Below, piece after piece: positions 1 through 9,711 of a stretch of DNA of 30,573 nt. Source of the DNA: Octopus sinensis (Eukaryota); assembly GCF_006345805.1 (NCBI RefSeq), contig NW_021833157.1, positions 1 through 30,573 of the forward strand, in the 5' to 3' direction. Each line of letters opens with the position of its first letter. Position 1 is the stretch's first letter. The translations under genes were made by a program, and so were the position numbers. The notes below the pieces were generated by a model. The model searched no databases. It saw only the letters and a program-made list of their open reading frames with translations, and was not told the DNA's origin.

Positions 1-181
1 GTTGTTATTCACTCTTATGGAATTATGCACTGATAAAATGTACAATGCCGAGTGCAGTTTGTAATTACAGCGAGAAGACAATGTTGACATTCAGTGCAAC
101 ATCTAATCATTTAAGAGTTAATTAATATGCAAATTTTTCTGAAGTATAACATCCACGCAAAAATGATGTTACAAGCGCATA

Positions 182-765
182 GTTGCTTAGTTCTTGATAA
201 GCCCTGATCCAGCAGACTTATGGTAAAAATCATTCCGACTGTAGCCATTTAGATGGATGGAAGCACTCCGTCGGTTATGATGACGAGGGTTCCGGTTGAT
301 CTGATCAATGGAACAGCCTGCTTGTGAAATTAACGTGCAAGTGGCTGAGCATTCCACAGACACGTGTACCCTTAACGTAGTTCTCGGGGATATCCAGCGT
401 GACACAGAGAGTGACAAGGCCGGCCCTTTGAAATACAGGCACAACAGAAACAGGAAGTAAGAGTGAGAGAAAGTTGTGGTGAAAGAGTACAGCAGGGATC
501 CCCACCATCCCCTGCCGGAGCCTCGTGGAGCTTTAGGTGTTTTCGCTCAATAAATACTCACAACGCCCGGTCTGGGAATCGAAACCACGATCCTACGACC
601 GCGAGTCCACTGCCCTAACCACTGGGCCATTGCGCCTCCACAGCCATTTAGATAATGTATTTAGGACTATATTACCTAATGTGTTCCTTCTTTTTGAAGA
701 CAATAGGGTGCAGTTTGAGAGAGATTTGGCTGTTTTTTCTAGCATGTCCAGTGACCACATACACA
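182..765 (-). mobile_element. Family D retroposon 3' portion, split by a SINE A insertion
   Basis: Reverse complement of 182-254 plus 654-765 aligns with 9195-9426 and 19650-19805 (ctagaaa.agccaaatct, ggacacattggataatgtagtcct, atcagggctga blocks). Confidence 0.65.
255..641 (-). mobile_element. tRNA-derived SINE, family A, full length
   Basis: Minus strand starts GTGGAGGCGCAATGGCCCAGTGG (A box) with GGTTTCGATTCCC (B box). 12-bp TSD AGCCATTTAGAT at 243-254 and 642-653. Closely matches 29086-29481. Confidence 0.92.
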
Positions 766-894
766 CTCCTTTGTCAGATCATCGAATTCAATTAAATGAA
801 ATAAATATATATGCAATATAATACAATATGATATAATATGATATGGAATAAACCAGCTGCCAGGCATCTACCATACTCAGAACATCTTATATGT

Positions 895-1288
895 GTATCA
901 GCTTGCTTTCCAACCACATGGTTCCGGGTTCAATCTCCCTGCGTGGCACCTTTGGCAAGTGTTTTATACTATAGCCTTGCGCTGACCAAAATGTTATGAA
1001 TGGATTTGATAGATGGAAACTGTAAGAATCCTGTTGTAAATATGTATATATGTGTGTGTGTGTTTGTGCTTGTGTTTGCCCCCCCCCCGACCATTGCTTG
1101 ACAACCGTTGTTGGTGTGTTTACATCTCTGTAATTTAGTGGTTCAGCACAGAGACCAATAGAATAAGTACTTAACAAAAATAAATTAAGTATTAGAATGG
1201 TTTCATTTGGCTAAAAATTCTTCAAGGCAGTGCTCCAGCATGGCCACAATCTAATGACTGCAGCAAGTAAAAGACAAACGATAAAAGA
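895..1288 (+). mobile_element. tRNA-derived SINE, family B, diverged and 5'-eroded
   Basis: GGTTCAATCTC B-box remnant, ggcacctttggcaagtg, internal (TA/TG)n and 3' gtgctccagcatggcc...aagtaaaaga. Aligns to 13789-14153. Confidence 0.85.
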
Positions 1289-1324
1289 TGAGTGTGTGAG
1301 TGTGTGTGTATGTGTGTATATATA

Positions 1325-1672
1325 TCATCATCATCATCATCATCATCATCGTTTAACGTCCGTTTTCCATGCTAGCACGTGTTGGACGGTTCAACTGGGG
1401 TCTGGGAAGCCAGGAGGCTGCACCAGGCTCCAGTCTGATCTGGCAGTGTTTCTACAGCTGGATGCCCTTCCTAACGCCAACCACTCCGTGAGTGTAGTGG
1501 GTGCTTTTTACGTGCAAGGGAGGTCTGGCAGCGGCCACGATCGGTTGGTGCTTTTTACGTGCCACCGGCACAGAAGCCAGTCAAGGTGGCGCTGGCATCG
1601 GCCACGTTCGGATGGTGCTTTTTACGTGCCACCGGCACAGAAGCCAGTCAAGGCAGCGCTGGCATCGGCCAC
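1325..1672 (-). mobile_element. RTE-tailed non-autonomous retroposon (family E) with 67-bp tandem head repeats
   Basis: Minus strand has GGCGTTAGGAAGGGCATCCAGC and ends GGACGTTAAAC(GAT)n. GGTGCTTTTTACGTGC recurs at 1500, 1547 and 1614. Homologous to 2372-2729 and 29881-30042. Confidence 0.85.
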
Positions 1673-1674
1673 AT

Positions 1675-1706
<32 letters not shown>

Positions 1707-1777
1707 TACACCAACATATGATGTATATATATGCTTTGTGTTCAAGAGTCTTCCAATCCATTCTACTTTATTTCATA

Positions 1778-1808
<31 letters not shown>

Positions 1809-1851
1809 GCACACATGCATAGACACACACACATGCACACACATACACACA

Positions 1852-1881
<30 letters not shown>

Positions 1882-1884
<3 letters not shown>

Positions 1885-2095
1885 GAGGGAGTGGTGAAAA
1901 GTTCCTGGCTTTATTGTAAAAGGCCAGATCGGAGGCCCAACCTTTCGAGTTCTTTTACAGGGCTTAGAAAAACTGAACAACTGCTGCAAGAGGTGTGTGA
2001 ATCTGGGAGGGGAATATATTCAATAAAATCATAATTAACTGATCCTCCTGCATTTTCTTTTACCCCATAGCCAGGAACTTTCCTGCAGCTCCTCA
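1882..2095 (+). mobile_element. Mariner-derived MITE retaining the transposase C-terminus
   Basis: TIR core AAAGTTCCTGGCT (1898-1910) / AGCCAGGAACTTT (2069-2081). 1961-2026 reads GLEKLNNCCKRCVNLGGEYIQ*, matching the mariner C-terminal GIxKLxxRWxKCVxxxGxY motif. Confidence 0.85.
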
Positions 2096-2169
2096 TGTGT
2101 GTACATAAATATATATATGTATGTATATATATGAAAGAAGGTTTGAAAGTGCAATTTTAAAGATGTTTA

Positions 2170-2217
2170 TTCACTTGACCGGTTTCACTTTTTCAGAAAA
2201 AGATTGTCAAAAGTAAA
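2170..2217 (-). ncRNA. Minimal type I hammerhead ribozyme fold (Penelope-like), U3-A8 core variant
   Basis: Minus strand: TTTACTT-TTGACAA-T-CTTTTT-CTG-AAAAAG-T-GAAA-CCGG-TC-AAGTGAA. 7-bp stem I, 6-bp stem II, palindromic stem III ACCGGT, GUC site, with AATAAA overlapping the 3' end. Confidence 0.7.
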
Positions 2218-2371
2218 ATATAAAGCTTTGTAAAAGCTTTGTTGTGTTAAGTACTGGTTGTCACAAAATATTGCAATGCATATATACATTCTTTGATAAT
2301 AGTAAGAAAATGTTAAAAACAGTTTACAAGGAAATATCTTGAGAAAATATTAAATAAAAATTTTTTTTAAA

Positions 2372-2729
2372 TATCAAAATCAAAATCGATCAATATCAAT
2401 GGAAATTGTAGCTGTGATACCAGTGCCGGTGGCACATAACAGAACCATCCGAACATGGCCGTTGCCAGCCCGCTCCTACCTGCTTCCGTGCTGGTGGCAC
2501 GTAAAAAGCACTATCCAATTGTGGCCGTTTGCCAGCCTCGTCTGGCACGTAAAAAGCAACCACTACACTCACGGAGTGGTTGGCGTTAGGAAGGGTATCC
2601 AGCCGCAGAAACATTGCCAGATCAGACTGGGCCTGGTGCAGCCTTCTGGCTTCCCAGACCCCAGTTACACTGTCCAACCCATGCCAGCATGGAAAGCGGA
2701 CGCTAAACGATGATGATGATGATGATGAT
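2372..2729 (+). mobile_element. Family E RTE-tailed retroposon
   Basis: Three tggcac.taa..ag modules, GGCGTTAGGAAGGGTATCCAGC, and 3' GGACGCTAAAC(GAT)n. The 5' boundary is approximate. Confidence 0.85.
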
Positions 2730-2814
2730 TGGGATTTCATTAAAAAATCATGTTTGTTTAGAAGTATCTATATATACACAGAAAGGTATCAGTTCAAAAA
2801 CAGTCATATTTGGT

Positions 2815-2850
<36 letters not shown>

Positions 2851-2939
2851 CACAGAAGGAGATATATTTAGGAGTTTACAAAGAATTTGAGATGAAACTG
2901 ACATGTTTTAGCATTTTACGGTTTGTGTGTATGTATATA

Positions 2940-3215
2940 TATACAATAATATGTTACATTACTCGATAGTCAAGATAAAACTCTGAGTTTCAGATGCCGA
3001 AGTGGGAATCCACGACATCTATTTGAAAATGCTATTTTTTCATAGCGTTTTCAAATAGCCAGATAACCAAAGAGATGTTGTGGATTCCCACTTTGGCATC
3101 GAAACTCAGAGTTTTTCTTGACTATCGAGTAAGTAACATATTATTGTATAGATAAATTTCCTCTATTTACATATATTGAGGTCTCTTTCTTTCTTTTGTT
3201 ATCTTACCGTTTTAA

Positions 3216-3219
<4 letters not shown>
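2940..3219 (+). mobile_element. Penelope-like pseudo-LTR with 5' inverted copy and degenerate hammerhead
   Basis: ~80-bp inverted repeat 2940-3020 / 3073-3150 and inner 17-bp hairpin 3019-3035 / 3042-3058. Hammerhead geometry at 3056-3124 (core CCAAAGA, stem II 3074-3100, GAAA, stem III ACTC-A-GAGT). Flanked by (TA)n. Confidence 0.7.
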
Positions 3220-3261
<42 letters not shown>

Positions 3262-3639
3262 GAGAGAGAGAGAGAGAGAGATCCCAAACACACACACACA
3301 CATACACAAATGCCATCAAACTGAACAAGCATTTTAAATGGTAGAGCACAGGTTTCATGGATCGAGATTGGCATCAGGATGGAGAAATAGCTGTGAAGCA
3401 TTGAATGATAAATTGGGCTGAACAGACACAAGATTATGGTCAATTAACGAAGCACTGCAGCCATTTGACATGACATCAGAGAATGGGTGTAGGAGGCTGG
3501 ATGGGGCAGTCCAGTAGAGGGAGGAAATGGTGTTTATGGTTGTTCAACTAATTGTGGTCAAAGGACAGCGCACAAAACAAAATAAAAATGAAATGAATTG
3601 GAATAAAAAAAATATGATTATACAGTTGATTTGTGGGGA

Positions 3640-4445
3640 GATAGAGGAGAGCAAGGGGAGAGGTGTTGAATGGAAAAATATAGAGTGAGAGAGGAAATTG
3701 CAGGAAGAGAGATAGAGAGTGAGAGTGAATGGGTGTGAGAGTGAGTGGGAGTGAGAGAACTGAGAGAGACAGGACACAGGGGGCAGGGACTGAGGGAAAG
3801 TTAAAAAAGGAGGAAGAAATAGATAAGGTTGAAGAAAGACATGGATGTAGAAAAGAGAGAAAGTGAAAGTGAAAGTTGGGTTGATTGAGAGAGAGAGAGA
3901 GAGAGGGAGGGAGAGCGAGAAAAAGGGAGAAAGAGAGAAAGGGAGAGGGAGATGGGTTGAAAAAGATATATGAAGAGAAAGATGCAGGAAGAAGGAGAGA
4001 AGGAAAGGAAGAAAGCAAACAAATGTAAGAAAACAAGGCAAAACAACAAAGAAAAAAATGTGCATACACACAGACAGAAGTTGTAATTGCAATAACAATA
4101 ACTACAAGAACAACAACTACAACAACTACAGCAAAACAGCATGTTGTTACTCTGACGGTGATGACAACGACAACAACAAAAAATCAACAGAGGCAGCAAC
4201 AGTACGGGCGATGACAACACAACAACAACAACAACAACAACAAAAACAACAAAAACAACAGCAACAACAAGGATGTAAGTAAAAGAAATGTAAATTGATA
4301 ATTGGAATGCAAAGAAGGAAAAGTGTTCCAGAAAAGAGAGAAAAACAACAACAACAACAACAAATACAACAACATCAACGACAACAGTAATAAAATAAAT
4401 AAAAAAAAAACCCAAAACGACAAACAAATGAAACAAAACAACAAA
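3640..4445. repeat. Purine-rich (GA) tract followed by degenerate (AAC)n
   Basis: Direct inspection. Confidence 0.85.
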
Positions 4446-4472
4446 GCAATGTTAACATTGATGAATGATTTT

Positions 4473-5115
4473 ATGTGCATGTGTGCGTGTGTGTTAGTGT
4501 GTGTGTGTGTGTGTGTTATGTGTTAGTGTGTGTGTGTTAGTGTATGTGTGTGTGTGTTTATGTGTTAGTGTGTGTGTGTGTTTATGTGTTAGTGTGTGTA
4601 TGTGTGTGTGTGTGTGTGTGTGTTTATGTGTTAGTGTGTGTGTGTGTGTTTATGTGTTAGTGTGTGTATGTGTGGTGTGTGTGTGTTATGTGTTAGTGTG
4701 TGTGTGTGTGTGGTGTGTGTGGTTTATGTGTTAGTGGTTATGGTGTGTGTGTGTGTGTTTATGTGTTAGTGTGTGTATGTGGTGTGTGTGTGTGTGTGGT
4801 TTATGTGTTAGTGTGTGTGTATGTGTGTGTGTTGTGTGTGTGTGTTTATGTGTTAGTGTGTGTGTGGTGTTGTTGGTAGTGTGTGTATGTGTGTGTGTGT
4901 GGTGTGTGTTTATGTGTTAGTGTGTGTGTGTGTGTGTTTATGTGTTAGTGTGTGTGTTAGTGTATGTGTGTGTGTGTTTATGTGTTAGTGTGTGTGTGTG
5001 TTTATGTGTTAGTGTGTGTATGTGTGTGTGTGTGTGTGTGTGTTTTATTGTGTTAGTGTGTGTGTGTGTGTTTATGTGTTAGTGTGTGTATGTGTGTGTG
5101 TGTGTGTTTATGTGT

Positions 5116-5149
<34 letters not shown>

Positions 5150-5435
5150 GTGTTAGTGTGTGTATGTTGTGTGTTGTGTGTGTGTTTATGTGTGTAGTGT
5201 GTGTAGTGTGTGTGTGTGTGTGTGTTTATGTGTTAGTGTGTATGGTGTGTGTGTGTTTTGTGTGTGTGTTTATTGTTTAGTGTGTGTGTGTGTGTTTATG
5301 GTGTTAGTGTGTGTATGTGTGTGTGTGTGTGTGTGTGTTTATGTGTTAGTGTGTGTGTGTGTGTGTTTATGTGTTAGTGTGTGTGTTAGTGTATGTGTGT
5401 GTTTATGTGCTAGTGTGTGTGTGTTAGTGTGTGTT
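4473..5435. repeat. (GT)n-derived minisatellite, unit (GT)n-TTATGTGTTA, with ~420-bp higher-order period
   Basis: The motif gtgtttatgtgttagt recurs dozens of times. The 60-mers at 4561 and 4981 are identical. Confidence 0.92.
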
Positions 5436-5699
5436 ACTGGCCAACAGGAAGTCTATTTGTGGGGTGAACAAGTATTGGCAGGAAAAACCCTGCTCAGATG
5501 TTGTGACACAGTAAATAGCCTTAAGTGTTCCCGAAGAAAGTTATGGAGAAGCAAGAAAATGGAAACAAGGAAACTGTCTTGTGTTGAAGGAGGAAGACCA
5601 ATGCGAAAGGCAGAAGCAGCAGCAGCAGCAGCAGCAGCAGGGGGAGTTCCACCATTGCCACCACTGCCATTAGAATCTGTTATCTGTTACTGTGGTCAC

Positions 5700-6770
5700 T
5701 ATTATAATCACTGCTGCCACCACCACCCTAACAACAACAACAACAACAACAATGATCACCACCACCACCACCACCACCATTACCACCACCACTGTCAGCA
5801 CTATCTCTACCACCACCACCACCATCATCACCACAACTATCACTATTACAACCACCACCACAACAATCACCATCACTACCACCACCACCACCACCATCAC
5901 TATCTCTACCACCACCACCACCACAACTATCACTACTACCACCACCACCAACATCATCACCACAACTATCACTATTACAACCACCACCACAACAATCACA
6001 ATCACCACCACCACCACCACCACCACCATCACTATCTCTACCACCACCACCACAACTATCACTACTACCACCACCACCAACATCATCACCACAACAATCA
6101 CCATCACCACCACCACCACCATCACTGTCATCACTATCTCTACCACCACCACCACCACTGCCAAAACTATCTCTACTGCCACCGCCACAACTATCACTAC
6201 TACCACTACCACCACTGCTGTCACTATCACTGCTACCACCATAACCACCACTACCATTATCACCATCACTGCTATCATTATCAGTACCACTACCATCATC
6301 ACTATCACCACCACTACCACCCCCACTATCACTATCACTACCACCACCACCATCACTACTATCATCACCATCACTGCTATCACTATCACTACCACCGCCA
6401 TTACCACCACTACCACAACAACTACTGCTATAACCACCACCACCACCACCACCACCACCACCACAACCACTATCACCGCTATTGCTATCACCTTAATAAC
6501 AATCATCATTGCTATCACCACCACTAACACCACATCCAGCACTACTTTTGCCACTTCAGTCTCTACCACAATAATCACCGCCTCAACCACATTAATCACT
6601 ACTATAACCACCACTACCACCATTACCATTGCCACCGTTGTTACCAGCATAATCATTACCACAACACTACAGCCGCTATTAACACCACTACAAATGACAA
6701 ACACCGACACCACCACCACCAATGCTATCACCACTATAATTAACATCACCACTACCACCATCACATCCTC
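5700..6770. repeat. Degenerate (ACC/ACT/ATC)n trinucleotide field with internal duplications
   Basis: Repeated cactatctctaccaccacc and cacaactatcacta blocks. Produces the Thr-, His- and Val-rich ORFs. Confidence 0.85.
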
Positions 6771-7292
6771 CTAACAGCAACCCCTATTGCCACAATTATC
6801 ATCACTTATACCTTAATCATACTCACACTGTGGTCACAACTAGCACCTGTACAACATCTGTATGAAAACCAGTAGTAGCAGTAGTAGTGGCAATACCAGT
6901 TGTAGCATCATCGCTTTTACTGCCCTTCACCAACTCCACCCTGATGAGAAACGTAGCCAGAATTACCAGAACTTTCTGAACAGCTCTACAGTTATTATCA
7001 GAGCCCTGATCATCACCCTCATCATCATTATCCCCACCATCATCAGGTAGTCCCTACAGCCAATGAGGAAGTGGTTATGCTTGATATGCAGAAATGGAGT
7101 TAAGTAGGGCTCCATGCAGAGTACCCTATATAAATCAGGGTAGGTGGGTAGGTACAAGGGATGAAACAAGGTCAGTGCAGACTGATAAAGAACAAGGACT
7201 TTGCATGGAACAAATGCCCAGATGTAAAGAGGAGTGGAAGGAAGAGAAGAAGAACAGGATGCATATTATTATTATTATTATTATTAATAATA

Positions 7293-7369
<77 letters not shown>

Positions 7370-7922
7370 GTCCTGATGCAGTACCAGACAGTGGCTCTCA
7401 TGGCTTCTAATCTTAACTGATTGGAAGTGTCATCATGTACATTGTTTTGTCTTGGTATAAAAGATGGGCTACAGTAAATATTCTGTTCAATACCACAGAT
7501 TTGCTTGTCAGTTGTTTGACCTTAACCAATTGAGCATGTCCCTTAGTGGCTGACGATATGTGCATCTCTGATCATGAGCAGAAGTAGTGGGTGAGCATCA
7601 TAGCCATGTGTTGAGAGGGATTCTTTGGGGTTTTAATAATTCACCTCTGAAAACATGGGTGTTTCGTTCAACATCCTTAAGCAACCCTTATTCAGGGACC
7701 TTTTGAGCGGGATGGGTTACTCGACCAGAAGAAAATTCTAACTGGGCCCACCTGCAAGGTCATGTGCTGTTTATCTTGATATGAGATCACCATGTCATGC
7801 ACATATGGTCATGATGCATGTGCTTAGTGTACCCTTATCAGATGGGTAGTCATGATGGGTATACTGGGCTTCGTATATTTTACCCCAGTGTCACTTTGAT
7901 GGCATGCACTGCTCTCTCACTC
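7370..7922. mobile_element. Unclassified ~553-bp non-coding element embedded in (TAA)n
   Basis: Complex sequence with sharp borders against (TAA)n on both sides (7285-7368 and 7923-7955). No TIR, no tRNA head, no long ORF. Mobility is inferred. Confidence 0.55.
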
Positions 7923-7955
<33 letters not shown>

Positions 7956-8170
7956 TGTTATTCAAATTTTTGCCACAAAGGGGAGGTGGGGATGAGTTGG
8001 TTACATCAATTCCAGTGTTCAATCAACATATGTTCAACTGGTATTTATTTAATTGACCCCGAACGGATGAAAGGCAAAGTTGATCTCAGCAGAATTTGAA
8101 CTCAGAATGTGAATATGGATGAAATGCCACAAAACCCAGCATGCTAACAATTCTGCCAGCTCACCACCTT
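7956..8170 (-). mobile_element. tRNA-derived SINE, family C (CORE-like body)
   Basis: Minus strand: AAGGTGGTGAGCTGGCAGAATTGTTAGC, GAGTTCAAATTC (B box), CTTTGCCTTTCATCCGTTCGGGGTCAAT, and an (ATT)n tail. Confidence 0.8.
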
Positions 8171-8200
8171 AATAATAAGAAGAATGATAATAATAATAAT

Positions 8201-8273
8201 CCTTTCTACTATAGGCACAAGGGCTGAAATTTTGGGTTGAGGGCTAGTCAATTACAACAACTCCAGCACTCAA
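8201..8273 (-). mobile_element. 3' fragment of SINE family C
   Basis: cctttctactataggcacaagggctgaaattttgg next to (AAT)n. Its reverse complement resembles 14154-14205. Confidence 0.6.
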
Positions 8274-8800
8274 TAATTCATCAGTGGCTGAGAAGTTCAG
8301 GACTGAAAGTAGAGACTGATGGATTCATATTGACAGCACAAGATCAAAGCTTGCTTATAAAAAAAACTACCAGGCTAACGTTCTTCAAAATGATTCTCAT
8401 CTTGGTATGTCCTGTGTTGACACCAAATGAATACAAAAATCACCACAAAAGGGTAGGACAGTATTTGCATTGGAAAATATTTAAACACTACAAAATCAGT
8501 ATTCCTGCTTACTGGTATGAACATCATCCTGACCAGTTGTTGAAGGTAAAAATGTCACTATCCTCTGGGATTTTCCAGTCAACACTGACAAAACAGTCAT
8601 GGCTAATTGACTACATGTAATTATTAAAAACAGGGAAGACTAATAGATGTAAGTATTTCCACATTATATCTGTAAAAGAATTTGACAAATTAAGTAAATA
8701 TAAGGACCTGGAAATTGAAGTACAACAGATGTGGCATCTTAAAGCGAGAACTGTTCCTGTTATTGTGGGTGCTCTAGGTATGATAAAAAAATGGATGGGA
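8274..8800 (+). pseudogene. Decayed restriction-like endonuclease region of an R4/Dong-type non-LTR retrotransposon
   Basis: Across frameshifts: HQWLRSSGLKVETDGFILTAQDQSL, CPVLTPNEYKNHHKRVGQYLHWKI, WYEHHP, EGKNVTILWDFPVNTDKTVMAN*, ISVKEFDKLSKYKDLEIEVQQMWHLKARTVPVIVGALGMIKK. Most of the CCHC knuckle is deleted and the RPD motif is destroyed. Confidence 0.9.
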
Positions 8801-8814
8801 GAAACATCTACATG

Positions 8815-9030
8815 AGATCTCCTGTACAGCTGCTGCAAGCAAAGTTTATAAAATGAATTCTCCCTTTATTTCTCAGCCCATCTTTATAAACATATCACCC
8901 ATGTGTAATTACAGCACTAACATTACATGTCCAACAAAGCATATTTGTTTAATTTTTCTCCAACCTTTGCAAACTGTCCATGTCCAATGCCCATGTTTCC
9001 CACCATGTAGCATCATACTGCTGCATGGTA
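8815..9030 (-). pseudogene. RTE-clade LINE ORF remnant (post-RT region)
   Basis: MLHG/ETWALDMDSLQRLEKN*TNMLCWTCNVS with one frameshift, matching the RTE LxGSETW...LERNE.SMLRWMCNV motif. Confidence 0.75.
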
Positions 9031-9037
9031 ATGAGCA

Positions 9038-9143
<106 letters not shown>

Positions 9144-9194
9144 AGAGAAATCACTACACAATTGTCATTGACTCCTTTCCATATTGGAAATGAG

Positions 9195-9426
9195 CCAATG
9201 AGGGAACCTCTATGCAGTCATTCAGCCAGCTAGAGCTAGAAATAGCAGTCAAATCTTTCGCAAATTATATGTCTGCCTTGGGGAAAGAAAAAAAAAGGAC
9301 TCATTGGATAATGTAGTCTGATGGTATCCCTGCTAAAGAAAGACAAACTAGTTAATGCTAGAATGTCTTTCATCCTACATCTTCTCCATCAGGGCTGACC
9401 GGAAGTAAAACAACAACAACAACAAC
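9195..9426 (+). mobile_element. Family D retroposon 3' portion with (AAC)n tail
   Basis: Ends atcagggctgaccggaagtaaa(caa)n. Homologous to 182-765 and 19650-19805. Confidence 0.7.
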
Positions 9427-9509
9427 ATTATGGAAGACACCCAACCAATGCAGCCAGTGTCTTTATGCTGCTCAGCTTTTATTGAGCAAACATATGGTTG
9501 GTTAGAGTA

Positions 9510-9674
9510 ATAGCATTAGTTGTGGTGGTGGTACTGCTGGTAGTAACGCTGTTTAGTGTAATGGTGGTAGTGGTAGCAAGAGTGTATGTAGTGGCTGTAG
9601 TGCTGGTGGTTGTAGCAATAGCCTATGCCATGTTATGCGATGACATGTGGTGATAGTGTTGGTGTAGTAGTAAC

Positions 9675-9711
<37 letters not shown>

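Noticed and set aside
1500-1672. CRISPR-like spaced direct repeats
   Set aside because: The spacers are themselves near-identical, the repeats are part of a eukaryotic retroposon, and there are no cas genes.
3310-3540. Very old RTE remnant (RNSCEALNDKLG*TDTR...SSRGRK)
   Set aside because: The similarity is too weak to call by eye; it needs a profile search.
5447-5686. Minus-strand frame ITDSNGSGGNGGTPPAAAA...FLVSIFLLLHNFL, resembling a GPI/TM C-terminus
   Set aside because: A stop lies immediately upstream, there is no polypyrimidine acceptor, and no homology is recognisable.
5160-6527. 455-aa ORF (Cys/Val then His-rich)
   Set aside because: It begins inside the (GT)n minisatellite and ends in (CAC)n. 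Openness follows from repeat composition and no domain is recognisable.
6941-6957. CTGATGA-GAAAC hammerhead-like core
   Set aside because: There is no stem II between the boxes and no stem I complement downstream.
7655-7845. Minus-strand CTGATAAG and CTGAATAAG...GAAAC in the TAA-flanked element
   Set aside because: Stems I-III cannot be built convincingly around them.
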